Shown here piece after piece: positions 33,924 through 46,866 of a stretch of DNA of 64,000 nucleotides. The position numbers and the translations under genes were made by a program. Numbering within the stretch: position 1 is the stretch's first letter; every line of letters begins with the position of its first letter. Location of the stretch: the NCBI GenBank assembly GCA_040954595.2, contig CM082580.2, positions 1,974,783-2,038,782 of the forward strand, read 5' to 3'. Origin of the DNA: Balanoglossus misakiensis. Taxonomy: Eukaryota > Animalia > Hemichordata. The notes beneath the pieces are model-generated. The model ran no database searches and was not told where the DNA came from. It saw only the letters and a list, made by a program, of their open reading frames with translations.

Positions 33924-34827
33924 TTACATATAATCCCATGATATCTTTCTTTGTTTGACGTCATCGTATACGAGTGGTTTTCGCGGAGCAGTGCAACTTC
34001 GAGCCGCAGGCGAGAAGTTGTACTCTTCCGCGAAAACCACGAGTATACGATGACGTTAAACAAAGAAAGATATCATGGGATTATATATTTATCACATGAA
34101 CAGTCTTCTTATTTTTCGTTAGAAGAGGCAGGACTAAAACAATTCAGTACCTTGCAACAATTTTGGAGCGGTGTCGTATTTTACTGAGCGGGATTATGTC
34201 CCCCAGGAGATATATGTTGGGAGATTTTATGAATGATCAGCGATAGTTCATCATTTGCATATACGCAAATGGTGAACTATCGCTGATCATTCATAAAATC
34301 TCCCAACAAGTCGTCCCGTTGAGTTCCGTTCGCTCGAAGTTCGGCCTTACACAAATGTAATCGATTCTCTAACAATTTTACTGCAACCTGTTGCCACGTC
34401 TTATACATTTCGTTGACCGGTGCAATAGAGAGGTTCAGTCGTCACGCTGAACTGGCTCGAAACAATTCCCCACACTGATTCGACTCGGAACGTACCGGAC
34501 TTGGGCCTAGCCTAGGCTATGTACACCTGACCCAAAACTTTGACAGCCACGATCGTCCATGATCGTTGCGTCGACTGTCTTCTTTCCAAATTCCACCTTT
34601 CTGTTTTGAGCTTACAAAGCGTTATTGTCATGGAACCGTAATTTTTTTATTTCATTTCTGTATTGTAAATGCCGCGCGCTACACGTACTGTTTCTGTTTG
34701 ACAACAAAGCTACGGCGAATCGGTGGAAATAGTTCCGGTTGATGACGTAACACAGGGGTGATCAGGATTTTTGATCTGTCCTGGTCTACGTCACACAGGT
34801 GGTGATCAGGGCCAGTTCATGTGATAA
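33924..34827. mobile_element. 904-bp non-autonomous Crypton (hairpin 33929-34086 plus body bounded by TTATCACATGAAC inverted repeats)
   Basis: Reverse-complement copy at 56899-57802. Its last ~100 bp are homologous to the end of the YR-coding Crypton (27095-27201). Extra ~93-bp hairpin at 34216-34308. Confidence 0.85.
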
Positions 34828-34974
34828 AATATAATAACTGATAACTACCAGTTTTGCAAAGTGTATGTAAATGCAGTTTGAAACATTACCACCATATAAC
34901 GTGGTGAGATTGCTCTCCATAATACATACATGTATGCATATTAGTCTGGTGGCCAGACTTATCGTGGATTCTAA

Positions 34975-35751
34975 GGCTGCATTCACAAACACCTCTGGAG
35001 GGGGGGGGGGCAGGAGAATTGAGGGGGGGATTTGAAAAAATTGACGGTATGTAAGGGGGGATTTGAAATAATTTAGGGACTGTAAAGGGGGGTACTTGAA
35101 AACTTTGAGTCCACAAAAATGCAGTTTTGAACCCTTCATAATACAAATTTTTCTCATGTGGGAGGGGGACACCCCCTCCCATCCCCACCCCCGTCATTCA
35201 TCAACACCTTTAAATCATTGACTGGTTTATCTAGTGTCCCAGGTTAGGGGACTTGACTTGCCCCCCCCCCCCCCCCCCCCCCCCGAAGGTTAAATTCATT
35301 AATCCCCAACATACCATTAGTTGAGTTAATTTGCTTTTGGGTTCATTAAAATGCAGTTTTGAACTCTGTATTTTATAAAATTTTCTTACGTGGCAGGGGG
35401 ACACCCCCTCCCAAACCCACCCCCTTCACTTCTCGCTTTACAATGTCTCCCAACACAGAATATAAAATACTTAAAAAATAAAAACAATGTTCAGTTTTAA
35501 TACCCACTGATAAGGGGAAACATCAGTTTCAAATTCTTTTCATGGGAGCGCTGTTTTTCTTTTTACAAGATAGATAGGTGATGTGTTTTGCTGTGTGAAA
35601 GAAAATGGGGGGGGGATTTGAAAATTTTAGCAGTTCGGAAGGGGGGATTTGAAACTATTTCGGGTTGTTGAAGGGGGCATGTGAAAATTAACGGTAAAAA
35701 ACATTGAATTCTCCCGCCCCCCCCCCTCCAGAGGTGTTTGTGAATGCAGCC
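34975..35751. mobile_element. PIF/Harbinger (Tourist-like) MITE
   Basis: TIR GGCTGCATTCACAAACACCTCTGGAGGGGG at both ends, flanked by TAA on both sides. Confidence 0.8.
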
Positions 35752-36469
35752 TAAATCAGTACTGTGTCATGTAAGGTGATTGACTTGAACGATGTCAGTC
35801 AAGATCAGGTGCTGACCTTGTTGCCAAGGCATTGCATTTGGAGTTCTATTGACATGCACAAATTTAGAATCCACGATAGTTGACTGTGACTCCAAGACCC
35901 TAGATACCAGACCAATATGAATAGTACACACACTACAATACACCAACATTACCCTACCTGAGGCATGTACCTTGATGTGGTGGTAGGGCAACTGATTTAT
36001 AGACAAAAGAGTGTCAATGAATCAGACCAAAACATGCCAGTATAAGTGGTAACTATTTCCATACAGGATTGCTTTATTAATGGATATGCACATGAAACTT
36101 GATATTTTTATACAGAGTACCTGTGAGCTGTATCGATGTGACATGGATGCACACCAAGTTGAAGTTTACAACACACACTGTACACAAACATAATTTTCTT
36201 GACATGTATGTTATTGTACTATGAATATATGATTTGAACCAATGAATAAAGAATTCAAGCCAAGAGGTACATGTAAGGGATAGCCTGGTCACAACATCCC
36301 TGAATCATATGTGATTACACTAAAACCGTACCATTTTGATAAGCTTAACAGACTAATACTATGAAAGCAATTTACCATACAAGAAAGGACCCATATTTTG
36401 CACAAAATGAAGCAAAAAAAATATGAGGGCAAAACCTTGGAAATTAGGCTGTTTAAGGTGCTCAACTCA

Positions 36470-36990
36470 ACTGGGAGCACCAGCAGACAGCTGCATATTA
36501 CATGGTAAACTGCTATATATGTCTATACAGGTGATAATTAAAATGAGCATAATTTATGCAAAGAAGTTAATTATTTAATGAGACCTGTACAGTCTTATAG
36601 AGTGGATATGTGTTTCAAACCTGGTATGTGAGTTGGATGCACACTCAACTAGAAGCACCAGCAGACAGTGGTATATTATGTGGTAAACTGCTATATTTGT
36701 CTGTACAGGTGATTATTAAAATGAGCATAATTTATGCAAAGAAGTTAATTATTTGATGAGACCTGTACAGTCTTATAGAGTGGAAATGTGTGTATCAAAC
36801 CTGGTATGTGAGTTGGATGCACACTCAATTTGAAATGGCAGCAGACAAACATTTCATAGGCAAAGGTTTGGAAATTAGGCTGTTTAAGGTGCTCATTATA
36901 ATAAAAATAGCCATAATTTATGCAAAGAACTTAATTTTTGAATGGCATATGTATATTGTGATAGCATGTATATATGTGCATTAGACATGG
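36470..36990. repeat. ~178-bp tandem duplication (2-3 diverged units)
   Basis: CAGCAGACAG at 36481 and 36659, with a related CAGCAGACAA at ~36839, and shared downstream sequence. Confidence 0.75.
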
Positions 36991-37230
36991 TATGTGAAAT
37001 TGATGCACACTCATTTTGAAATGGTAGAAGACATTTGGAAATTAGGCTGTAGTTATTACCTTCATGCTGGTACATGTATATCGATGAAGTTAAAAGCGCC
37101 CTCACACTTTACACAGTGTTTATCAAGGAAGTCATGTTTTGCTGTCGGAAATGATGTACCGTCGCGGTTATTTATCATATTCAGGAAAATACCGGATATT
37201 TTAATCGTCAACAGTCTAATAGCACAGTAC

Positions 37231-37301
37231 TATGTATGTTAAATAACGACTTTTGAACAAATAATTTAGCTAAATAATAAGTTAACACATGGCACCCCAT
37301 A
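37231..37301. mobile_element. 71-bp collapsed copy of the TATGG palindromic element
   Basis: Starts TATG and ends GGCACCCCATA; flanked by CAGTAC at 37225-37230 and 37302-37307. Confidence 0.8.
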
Positions 37302-37386
37302 CAGTACAGGGTTTTATCAATGTCGCTAAAAATAGATTTGCGCGAGTGTGCATGCGCCTGGCAACAGTGAAATGCGGACAAAAGCG

Positions 37387-39441
37387 TATGGGGTGCCATG
37401 TGTTAACTTATTATTTAGCTAAATTATTTGTTCAAAAGTCGTTATTTAACATACTTATATGTATATAATTATAGATTTGCAAACCATTTAAGTCCTGACA
37501 ATTTAATTATAAATAATTTCAAGTCGATTCAATTATATACATAAAATGTATTTTATGCTCTTTTATTTATATATAATAAATTATTTATAAACAATGTCAG
37601 TGTCAGTCTATTATATATATATATATATCATGAGTGGTGTACATAATTATTTATATTTAATTAATTATTTATAAATAATAAAAATTTAAGTGTATTATAT
37701 ATATATCATGAGTGATGTACATAATTATTTATATATAATTAATTATTTATAAATAATAAAAATGTAATTGTATTATATATATATCATGAGTGATGTACAT
37801 AATTATTTATATATAATTAATTATTTATAAATAAAAAAAATTTAAGTGTATTATATATATATCATGAGTGATTTATAAATAATTTAAGTGCAAGTCTATT
37901 ATATATATATCATGAGTGATTTACATTATATAATGAATTATATATAAATAAGTGATTTCTAAACCATGAAAACATGCACTCGCGCTGTTTGTCAACTTAT
38001 TATTTAACGCAAACTCATTATTTAACGCAAACTCATTATTTAAGGCCTGTTCACACAACCCCTTGCATTTGGATCATTATGCACACATATAGTCCCCACA
38101 CGTGAACAAGAAATGCACATTACATGCGGTCATTTCATTTTTATTATACTCCTTTCAAAGGTTAGATGAAACACCGAAAAAGGTATCAACTAGTTAGTGA
38201 TTTTAGCCCGTGATTGCAATGTTTGATTGAAACGCGAAAAGCTGATGGATAGCTCTACATTGTGGTCTCCAAGGTCAAAGGTTGGCCGGTCATGGCGATA
38301 CCATTATTAAAATAGGGGCCAGTCATCGAAACAGTGGCGTATGATTTTTTAAAGTAAGTTTCCAAATTAAAACGTAAGTGAGCCAAAAAACTACAGGTCA
38401 GATAAATTGTTTTCTCGTAAATTCAACATTAGAATCAAATTTGGCATTGGAAACAAACGGCGGGTCGCCAGTTCCTGGTCTGGAGGCTGGTAGAGTCACG
38501 TCTTGAAGACTGGCCCCTATTTTAATAATGCCATTGTCATGACCGGCCAACCTTTGACCTCGGAGACCACAATGTAGAGCTATCGATCAGCTTTTCGCGT
38601 TTCAATCAAACATTGCAATCACGGGCTAAAATTACTAACTAGTTAATACCTTTTTCGGTGTTTCATCTAACCTTTGAAAGGAGTATAATAAAAATGAAAT
38701 GACCGCACGTAATGTGCATTTCTTGTTCACGTGTGGGGACTATATGTGTGCATAATGATCAAAATGCAAGGGGTTGTGTGAACAGGCCTTAAATAATGAG
38801 TTTGCGTTAAATAATGAGTTTGCGTTAAATAATAAGTTGACAAACGGCGCGAGTGCATGTTTTCATGGTTTAGAAATCACTTATTTATATATAATTCATT
38901 ATATAATGTAAATCACTCATGATATATATATAATAGACTTGCACTTAAATTATTTATAAATCACTCATGATATATATATATAATACACTTAATTTTTTTT
39001 TATTTCTAAATAATTAATTATATATAAATAATTATGTACATCACTCATGATATATATATAATACACTTACATTTTTATTATTTATAAATAATTAATTATA
39101 TATAAATAATTATGTACATCACTCATGATATATATATAATACACTTAAATTTTTATTATTTATAAATAATTAATTAAATATAAATAATTATGTACACCAC
39201 TCATGATATATATATAATAGACTGACACTGACATTGTTTATAAATAATTTATTATATATAAATAAAAGAGCATAAAATACATTTTATGTATATAATTGAA
39301 TCGACTTGAAATTATTTATAAATAAATTGTCAGGACTTAAATGGTTTGCAAATCTATAATTACATACATATAAGTAGGTTAAATAACGACTTTTGAACAA
39401 ATAATTTAGCTAAATAATAAGTTAACACATGGCACCCCATA
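37387..39441. mobile_element. 2.05-kb palindromic non-autonomous DNA transposon (IS3EU-like termini)
   Basis: ~940-bp near-perfect inverted arms around a ~180-bp spacer; TATGG..CCATA ends; 6-bp TSD AAAGCG (37381-37386, 39442-39447); internal AT-rich ~70-bp repeats. Confidence 0.9.
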
Positions 39442-39536
39442 AAAGCGGACATTGACGTAGCATCGACTGAGCGAAGCACGTAGCGATAGCGTTGCGCTTT
39501 TTACTTTTAAAAACTTTGTTTTGGTTTACTTCCGCG

Positions 39537-41741
39537 ATGGGCGCTACTAAACATTGCTGTTACGGACATTGCACAAGTGACTCAAGGTACACCGATCGTG
39601 TTGAAATGAAAGATGTTTTCTTCATCCGATTTCAGAAACCACATCGAAATATTTTGAAATGTCAAAAATGGATTTATGCTTGCGGGAGACAGGGTTTCGG
39701 CGTCGACAATGTCAAAAAGGACACCTATATTTGTAGCCTCCACTTCGTAGGCAGGAAGGGACCACGTGCGACCATCCCGACCCCATACCGGCGACGTATA
39801 CGGCAGAACAGGTAAGAACGTTGCACAGGAATGAGTCTTGGTCTACTCCATATACATGATATACCATGTAGTCAACTTTGGCGCCATGACAAGTATGCAG
39901 ACGACACATATACTAGAGCAGCTTTTCGGAGCTCGTCGCGTTGTCGCTGTTGATAAACATTCACTTTTAGTCCATTTAACTTGGGTATTGTATGGATATT
40001 GTGTAAATTGTAACTAGTAACTGTAATTACCCAAGATGAGAACACACGAAGTAGGAATAAATGTTGGATTCACATACACAATGCTCGGCTGTAACTTTGT
40101 ATGTAATATGTTCGGGAGTTTAGAAACACTGTTGGAACGTCGGATGTTTTGATCCAAAACCAGGTCACGGTGACCCCAATCCTGCACGTAAATTCAGATC
40201 AGTATTAAAATCTTGTTCATATTTGTTACTTGTTAGGCACAGAGATTGTCAAGAAAGAGAAAGGGACCAGTACTGAGAGACATACCGATTCCCATGAAAC
40301 AGCAGAAGAGAGTGAGACAAGATGCAGAGTTTGAAGAACAAGCTTCCAGTAAAGATCATGTGACAGGTATAATTTTTACTGCCTATTATGCTCAATTATA
40401 TTATAACTGTGTCATGTGGTTATTGGTTTGGTATCACTGACACCAATAAGTATTAATGTTCACATTTGTGTGCTATCTATAATGTTTTGTCGTTGAACAG
40501 AAACAGTACTAAAGCTTCATAGCTCTGTGTAACTGTTGTACCTGTCAGAAATTGATTGCACATGAGTATACCGCTTTATCTTTATTTATTTATTGTTCAG
40601 TGCCTAAAACCCAGCCAGATGAATACTGTTCATCACCCCTCAAGGACAGCAAGGAAACAGCTACTGTGGGGACAGAAACAGACTTCAAGCTTCAAAACAT
40701 CGACCTACTTATTCATTTGAAAGCTGAAAATGCAATTCTGAAAAATGAGTTAGTGTTGTTAAAAAATGATGTTAAACGTGAATGTTCTTATTGTTTGAAC
40801 CAGGAAGCCACTGGCAAATTCAGTGTTGAAGATGTGAAGAATGATGATGCAAAATGTAAATTTCATTGTGGCCTGACTTGGATTCAGTTTATGTGTGTGT
40901 TTAATTTTCTAGGTCCAGCACGTGACAAATTATTATTTTGGAAACGTAACATTGTTGATAATGAGAATCAAAACAAACGCCGTGGACCAGAACGTAAATT
41001 AAAACCAATCAATCAATTATTTTTAACTCTGGTGAGAGTCCGTGCTGGATTGCTGCAACAGGATATAGCATATAGATTTGGTGTATCAAAAAGTTACGTG
41101 TCCACTGTTGTTATTACGTGGATTCAATTCCTGTATGTGCAGTTTGCTAGACTAAGAGTAGATATGTTTCCTTCACGAGACACAATAAGGCAACATCTTC
41201 CTCCATGCTTCTCCAAATTTATGAACATTCGTGCCATTATTGACTGCTCTGAATTTTTTTGTTGACATTCCACTCATTTCCGACAACAGGGCAATATGTT
41301 TTCAAATTATAAGCACCATGTTACATACAAAGTGTTGATCGGTATAGCTCCATCAGGTGCCATAACATATGTATCAGATGCATTTGAAGGCTCTATTTCT
41401 GACCAAGAAATTGTTAAGCAGTCAGGGTTTCTAGAACATCTCGAAGAAAGGGATCTTATCCTAGCTGATATGGGTTTTACAATCCGGGATTTACTGTATG
41501 AAAAAAGGTAGACTTAAACATACCTCCATTTTTAGGAGGCAGAGTCAAATTATCAGCGACTGAAGAAATCAAAACAAAACACATGGCTAGAGTAAGAATA
41601 CATGTGGAGCGTGCTATTGAACGTATTAAAAAATTCCGGTTATTAAAGAAGACCATTCAATTATCTCTGCAGCCTGTGTTTTCACAGATGGTGTTTGTGG
41701 CGGGTTGTTTAGTCAATTTCCAAGAGCCTATTGTAAAATGA
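39537..41741 (+). pseudogene. THAP + HTH + DDE_Tnp_4 transposase (ISL2EU/PIF-Harbinger-like), intron-containing, disrupted
   Basis: THAP CCYGHC..W..ICSLHF; HTH QLFLTLVRVR..DIAYRFGVS; IIDCSE, SISD, LADMGF and RIHVERAIERIK. Stop at 41263-41265 and a frameshift near 41505. Confidence 0.85.
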
Positions 41742-42631
41742 GATGTCATGGGTTGCAATCAGCATCCATTGTCTGCCTGTAAATATATGTGTGTTAAAGC
41801 CTCAGTATTTCTCGTAGGGGCAAAATTTTGTTTGAAACGGCATGTATAATTTCTAAAAGTAGATGATAATTGATACTGAATCGAACAGTCAACATCCCCA
41901 GCTCTGCTCATAAACTCATACAATTTACAATATAACGAGTGAAGAATGACTTTCTGTCCGGACAGAAAGTCAGGCTTTGTTGACACACGTGACTAGTGCG
42001 CATGCGCACTCAAATGTGAATCTACACGGAAGAGGTTTAGTCGCCCCAAATCTAACGACTCAGCGAAGAAATGCGCACTAATTCGGCGAAATGTTGGGAA
42101 GATAACTTTATGGGAGAAATCAGTCAATGGAACCAGATCAAATCCGAAAATGGTCTGACCATCAAATGTCAAAGTGGCACGTTTGCTGATCGACATGTAC
42201 AACATTTCCGTTGTAAACAAACCCGCGCATCATTTCAAGTGTTACGGGCAATATTTACAGCTTGCACGTAGCTACAGTTGCCCAAACCTTTCTTCTATCT
42301 GATCGCTGTCAAGCCCCCCGTCAGCGATTAACCAACCCACCAGGGCTACAATTATTGCAGCTAGGCTGCCGTGTAAACATTGCGTCCGTTTGACACCGAC
42401 ACAAACGTAGCATAACTCAGAGGTCAATTCTTCGATTAAAATCAATGATTTAAACACTAACCTTCCTGTTCCACGATATCTGCAGTTTCTATGGCGCTCA
42501 AATCTCACGATATGTGCAATTCTAAAGCCAACTGGGGTATTATTCCTGTCGTTTTAGCCACGAAAACTGGGCAGACGACACTATGGAACGCCAAAACTGC
42601 CTCTTGGGCTGTTTTAGGCCAGTTATATAAT

Positions 42632-43445
42632 AAAACACCGTTATTACTATGATAGAATCCATTATGCTTATTACCAAACACCATTCTTACTATGGCAAAC
42701 TCTATTATGGCTATAACCGAACATAGTGATTACTTTAACAGACTTCACTATGCTTATAACTAAACACCATTATTATTATGGGAAACTTTATTATGCTTAT
42801 GACCAAACATAGTGATTACTTTAACAGACTTCACTATGCTTATAACCAAACACCATTCTTACTATGGCAAACTTTATTATGCTTATGACCAAACATAGTG
42901 ATTACTTTAACAGACTTCACTATGCTTATAACCAAACACCATTCTTACTATGGCAAACTCTATTATGCTTATGACCAAACATAGTGATTACTTTAACAGA
43001 CTTCACTATGCTTATAACCAAACACCATTCTTACTATGGCAAACTTTATTATGCTTATGACCAAACATAGTGATTACTTTAACAGACTTCACTATGCTTA
43101 TAACCAAACACCATTCTTACTATGGCAAACTCTATTATGCTTATGACCAAACACCTTTAATACTATGATAGACCCCACTATGCTTATGATCAAACACCTT
43201 TAATACTATGATAGACCCCACTATGCTTATAATCAAACACCTTTAATACTATGACAGACCCCACTATGCTTATGATCAATCACCTTTAATACTATAACAG
43301 ACCCTACTATGCTTATGACCAAACAACACTATTACTGACCGTACGTCCATAATGCTATAGCAAAGGATATAGTGACTATGACAGAATGTAATTATAGCGC
43401 CCTCAATGTTTCATTACGACTATGATGAAGTGCCATTACTACTAT
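42632..43445 (+). repeat. 43-bp tandem array with alternating A/B (86-bp) higher-order structure followed by C-type units
   Basis: A: AAACACCATTCTTACTATGGCAAACTTTATTATGCTTATGACC. B: AAACATAGTGATTACTTTAACAGACTTCACTATGCTTATAACC. C: AAACACCTTTAATACTATGATAGACCCCACTATGCTTATGATC. Confidence 0.92.
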
Positions 43446-44035
43446 GGCAAACATCCATGACGTTGTTGTCGACCAACTACTATGTTGTTGACGTCCACTG
43501 CTTGGGGGAAAGGGGGGGGGGACTTCCTTCCCACAATGCACTGCAGTAAAATTTCATACTCGAAAATCAGAGCTGTGATATTATGTCGGTCGCAAGTTTG
43601 AGGAGTATTCTACAATAGTTCGGACTGGGAAACCTGATTCAGCGTTTCAAGGATGAGAGGATAGATTTACCCACCATCCTTTCTCTAACGGACGCTGAGT
43701 TTGTCAGGCTTGGGTTAAGTACCATAGGTGAACGACGGCGAGTCAGAGTCGCGTGTGATTTGGCATTACAAGGGACTTCCGGCACTGACTTCGGCGGTGA
43801 TCCACAAGATTCACCAAACACTAGTACGAGTCGCCAGCACACCAATTTAGCAGACGAAGTATCTCAAGAGAGAACCGCGCTATTCAGACCGAGCACTTCA
43901 ACCGGACATGCTAGAAGCAGCCGGGGACAGAAAAGAAAGCTGACCTCTGATCATGCAACGCGCAGAATGTGGACTGGGAATTTTTTCTGTCTGGCGGACA
44001 GAACCTCATCAAAATTGCCTTCTACTTTGGAAAAG

Positions 44036-45821
44036 TTGATTTTGTTATAAAACAGCTTTCTTTACTGAATGATTCTAAAGCAGCTGGTAGCGATTTCTCC
44101 AAAATTTTTGAAGATTGGTGTGTCTTGTATTGCAAAGTCTGTGACTGATATTTTTAATAGGTCTATAAACAGTGGTGTTTTTCCTGATTGTTTTAAATGT
44201 GCCAAGGTTATCCCAATACACAAGGGAGGGAAAAAGAATGATGTTAATAATTATAGGCCTATCTCCCTTTTACCAGTTCTCTCCAAAATCTTGGAAAAGC
44301 ATGTATTTATATAAGTCTTTTTAACTTTCTGCATTCATACAATCTTATTGCCGATTCACAATCAGGTTTTAGACAACACCACTCTTGTCATACTGCTTTA
44401 CTCAAGTTTACAGATCAGCTATTACTGAATATGGATGAGAGTTTATACACCGGTGTTATGTATTTAGATTTATGTAAAGCTTTTGATCTTGTTGATCATG
44501 AAATTTTGCTTTCCAAACTGTCTGTATACAGGCTTTCCGAATTGTCGCTCAAGTGGTTTCGATCATACCTTTCAGAACGTAGTCAATTTGTTTCTTACAT
44601 GGGAGCACACTCTGACGTTATGCCAATGACAAGCGGTGTACCTCAAGGCTCTAATTTAGGACCACTCTTATTTTTAATGATCATCAATGATCTTCCACTC
44701 TGCCTCATGTCGGGAAGTTTGAATAATTATGTTTGCCGACAACCAGACCATGTGTGTTTCTGGCATTAATATCGAACACATTGAAAGTTGTATGAATAGT
44801 GATCTCCTTCCTGTCTCACACTGGGTTCACAACAATAACATGGCTATAAATACTACAAAAACAAAGTGAATGGTTATTGCATTGTGTCCCAAAATCAGAG
44901 TGTTCTCTGACTCTGACATTACGTTTCGTGTTCTTATTAATGGCACTCAAATCGACAATGTCACTACCCACAAGTTACTTGGTATTCAAATTGACAACAT
45001 GTTAAGTTGGGACGACCACATCAACAATCTTTGTAAAAACCTTTCGACTAGAATTGGTGTTCTAAGACGACTGCGCACTTTTTGTCAAAGACATGTACTT
45101 TTATTGGCTTACAATGCTTTGTTTCTCTCTTTGTTTGACTACTGCTGTATAGTTTGGGGTAATACGTCAAAGACAAACCTCCAAAGATTGTATAAACTTC
45201 AGAAAAGAGCTGCTAGGGTAATCCTTGGAGTGGACACGACTTTTTCATCTCGTTCTCTTCTCATCAGTCTGCATTGGTTACCTGTTGATTTTCGCATTGT
45301 ATATTTAACGGCTATTATGACTTTCAAAGCTTTAAATGACCTCGCACCCAACTATATTAGGGATCTTTTCCGACCTCTTACAGAAATGAATCGTTTAAAT
45401 ACTCGAAGTGTCAGCGCCGGTGACCTCTACCCACCAAGGTCCAGGACTGCCATGGGTCAAAGGTCGTTTGCCTATCGAGCTGCAAAAACTTGGAAATCAA
45501 TTCCTGTATATATCCGTAACCATGCGAGTTTATCATCATTTAAATCAGCATTGTACAGTTACCTTTTCACGAAGTTTTGTAATGAAGGTTCAGATTTGGA
45601 TGGATAGCTTATTGTTTGACTGGATTTCTCATTTATTTATTTATTCTCTCATTTATCTATGTCCTCGCTCTTTTTCGCTTGTTTTTTGTTTCAGTTGTGT
45701 ATTTACGATTAACTATTTATATGGACTTGTATTTTTTTTTCTCATGAGGGCCCTGATGTAAATTACAATCCATTTGTAATCAGATTACCCTCTTAAAATA
45801 AAGTATAATAATAATAATAAT
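44036..45821 (+). mobile_element. 5'-truncated L2/Crack(CR1-group)-like LINE inserted in HECT exon 1
   Basis: RT motifs NYRPISLL, DLCKAFD, GVPQGS and LHWLP; (TAA)n tail; AAAAG at both junctions. Removal restores STLEK|QTLCNAGLG. Confidence 0.9.
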
Positions 45822-46668
45822 AAAAGCAAACGCTCTGCAATGCTGGACTTGGAGCTAAGAAAATACAGTTTTATTCGGATGATAAGGAAGACACTGTGAT
45901 GGAGAAGCTCACAGATGAAACGTCGGGATTTCCACAATTGCGTAAATGTGGTGGGTTTGAACTAATGCAATGTTTTCCACATGATAAGAAACTAAATGTT
46001 ATTAACACCAAGTCTTGGTCAGTGTGTGACTGAAAAGCTGTGATTGGAACACAGAGCAAAATCTACATCCGACCAATACAAATATCGCTTGATACTACAC
46101 CTCTGAAACAGTCAGAAGATGAAGCATCCAGTACAAAAGAGCGATGTTGTGGATGTAATGAAGAAATTCCCCTTCGCGCTCTACGAGATCACCTGTGGAC
46201 ATGTACCAGCTATACAGACGACGAGCTCGATAGAGATGTTGATGATACTATTTCAGTCTCTCTGTCCCAAGCCAATGCAAATAACAGCAGTCGTGATGAT
46301 AATAGTGTGCCGGATAATGTTGTCGTGATCGATGATAGAAGTGAAGGTGATGAACTTGCTGATGAACACATATCGTCGGTAAGTTATATCATACAGTACA
46401 ATGAAACCTGTCATTACGGACACCTCTCTGTTAAAGGGACAAAGTCTCTCTCTCGCTGCCCTTTTTTCATTAATAATGTTTGATACAAGACACCGTTTAT
46501 GTTATTCTTCATGTGAATATATAGTGAATCAATGTTTGGCTACACACAACTTCCATCCCATTGTAGGCTATAAGAGAAATAATCTCTCCAAAATGATTAT
46601 TCATTTTGGCAAGTGTTTCACTATATTAATGTCCCTTTATGACTGATTTTCTGGTACCAGAGATGTCC

Positions 46669-46866
46669 TTAAGGTATTCGGTCACCTATGCAAATTTATA
46701 TACAGTTACCATGGAAAATTGAGATGTAGCCAATCACAGATTTTCAGTGGTTGGCACACGTGAAAAAATGAGTGCTACCATATGTTCTTTAGAACACTCA
46801 GATGTGCCATTTCAGCCATATTTGGGTGTTTGTAAATTGGAGGTGACTATGTTACTGTACCTTTAA
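46669..46866. mobile_element. Kolobok-like MITE
   Basis: TTAA at both ends; homologous to 15272-15414 and 56560-56728. Confidence 0.55.

Noticed and set aside
33851-34187. Small ORFs repeated on both strands and at 57539-57800
   Set aside because: Artefacts of a palindrome in a duplicated non-coding element.
41759-42508. Short ORFs downstream of the THAP transposase as a YqaJ partner gene
   Set aside because: No recognisable nuclease, PHD or SWIM motifs in the frames read; probably a non-coding repeat.
42632-43445. 43-bp alternating array as a CRISPR repeat-spacer array
   Set aside because: A and B units are each repeated and related to one another, and the array is mirrored as a TIR; there are no unique spacers.
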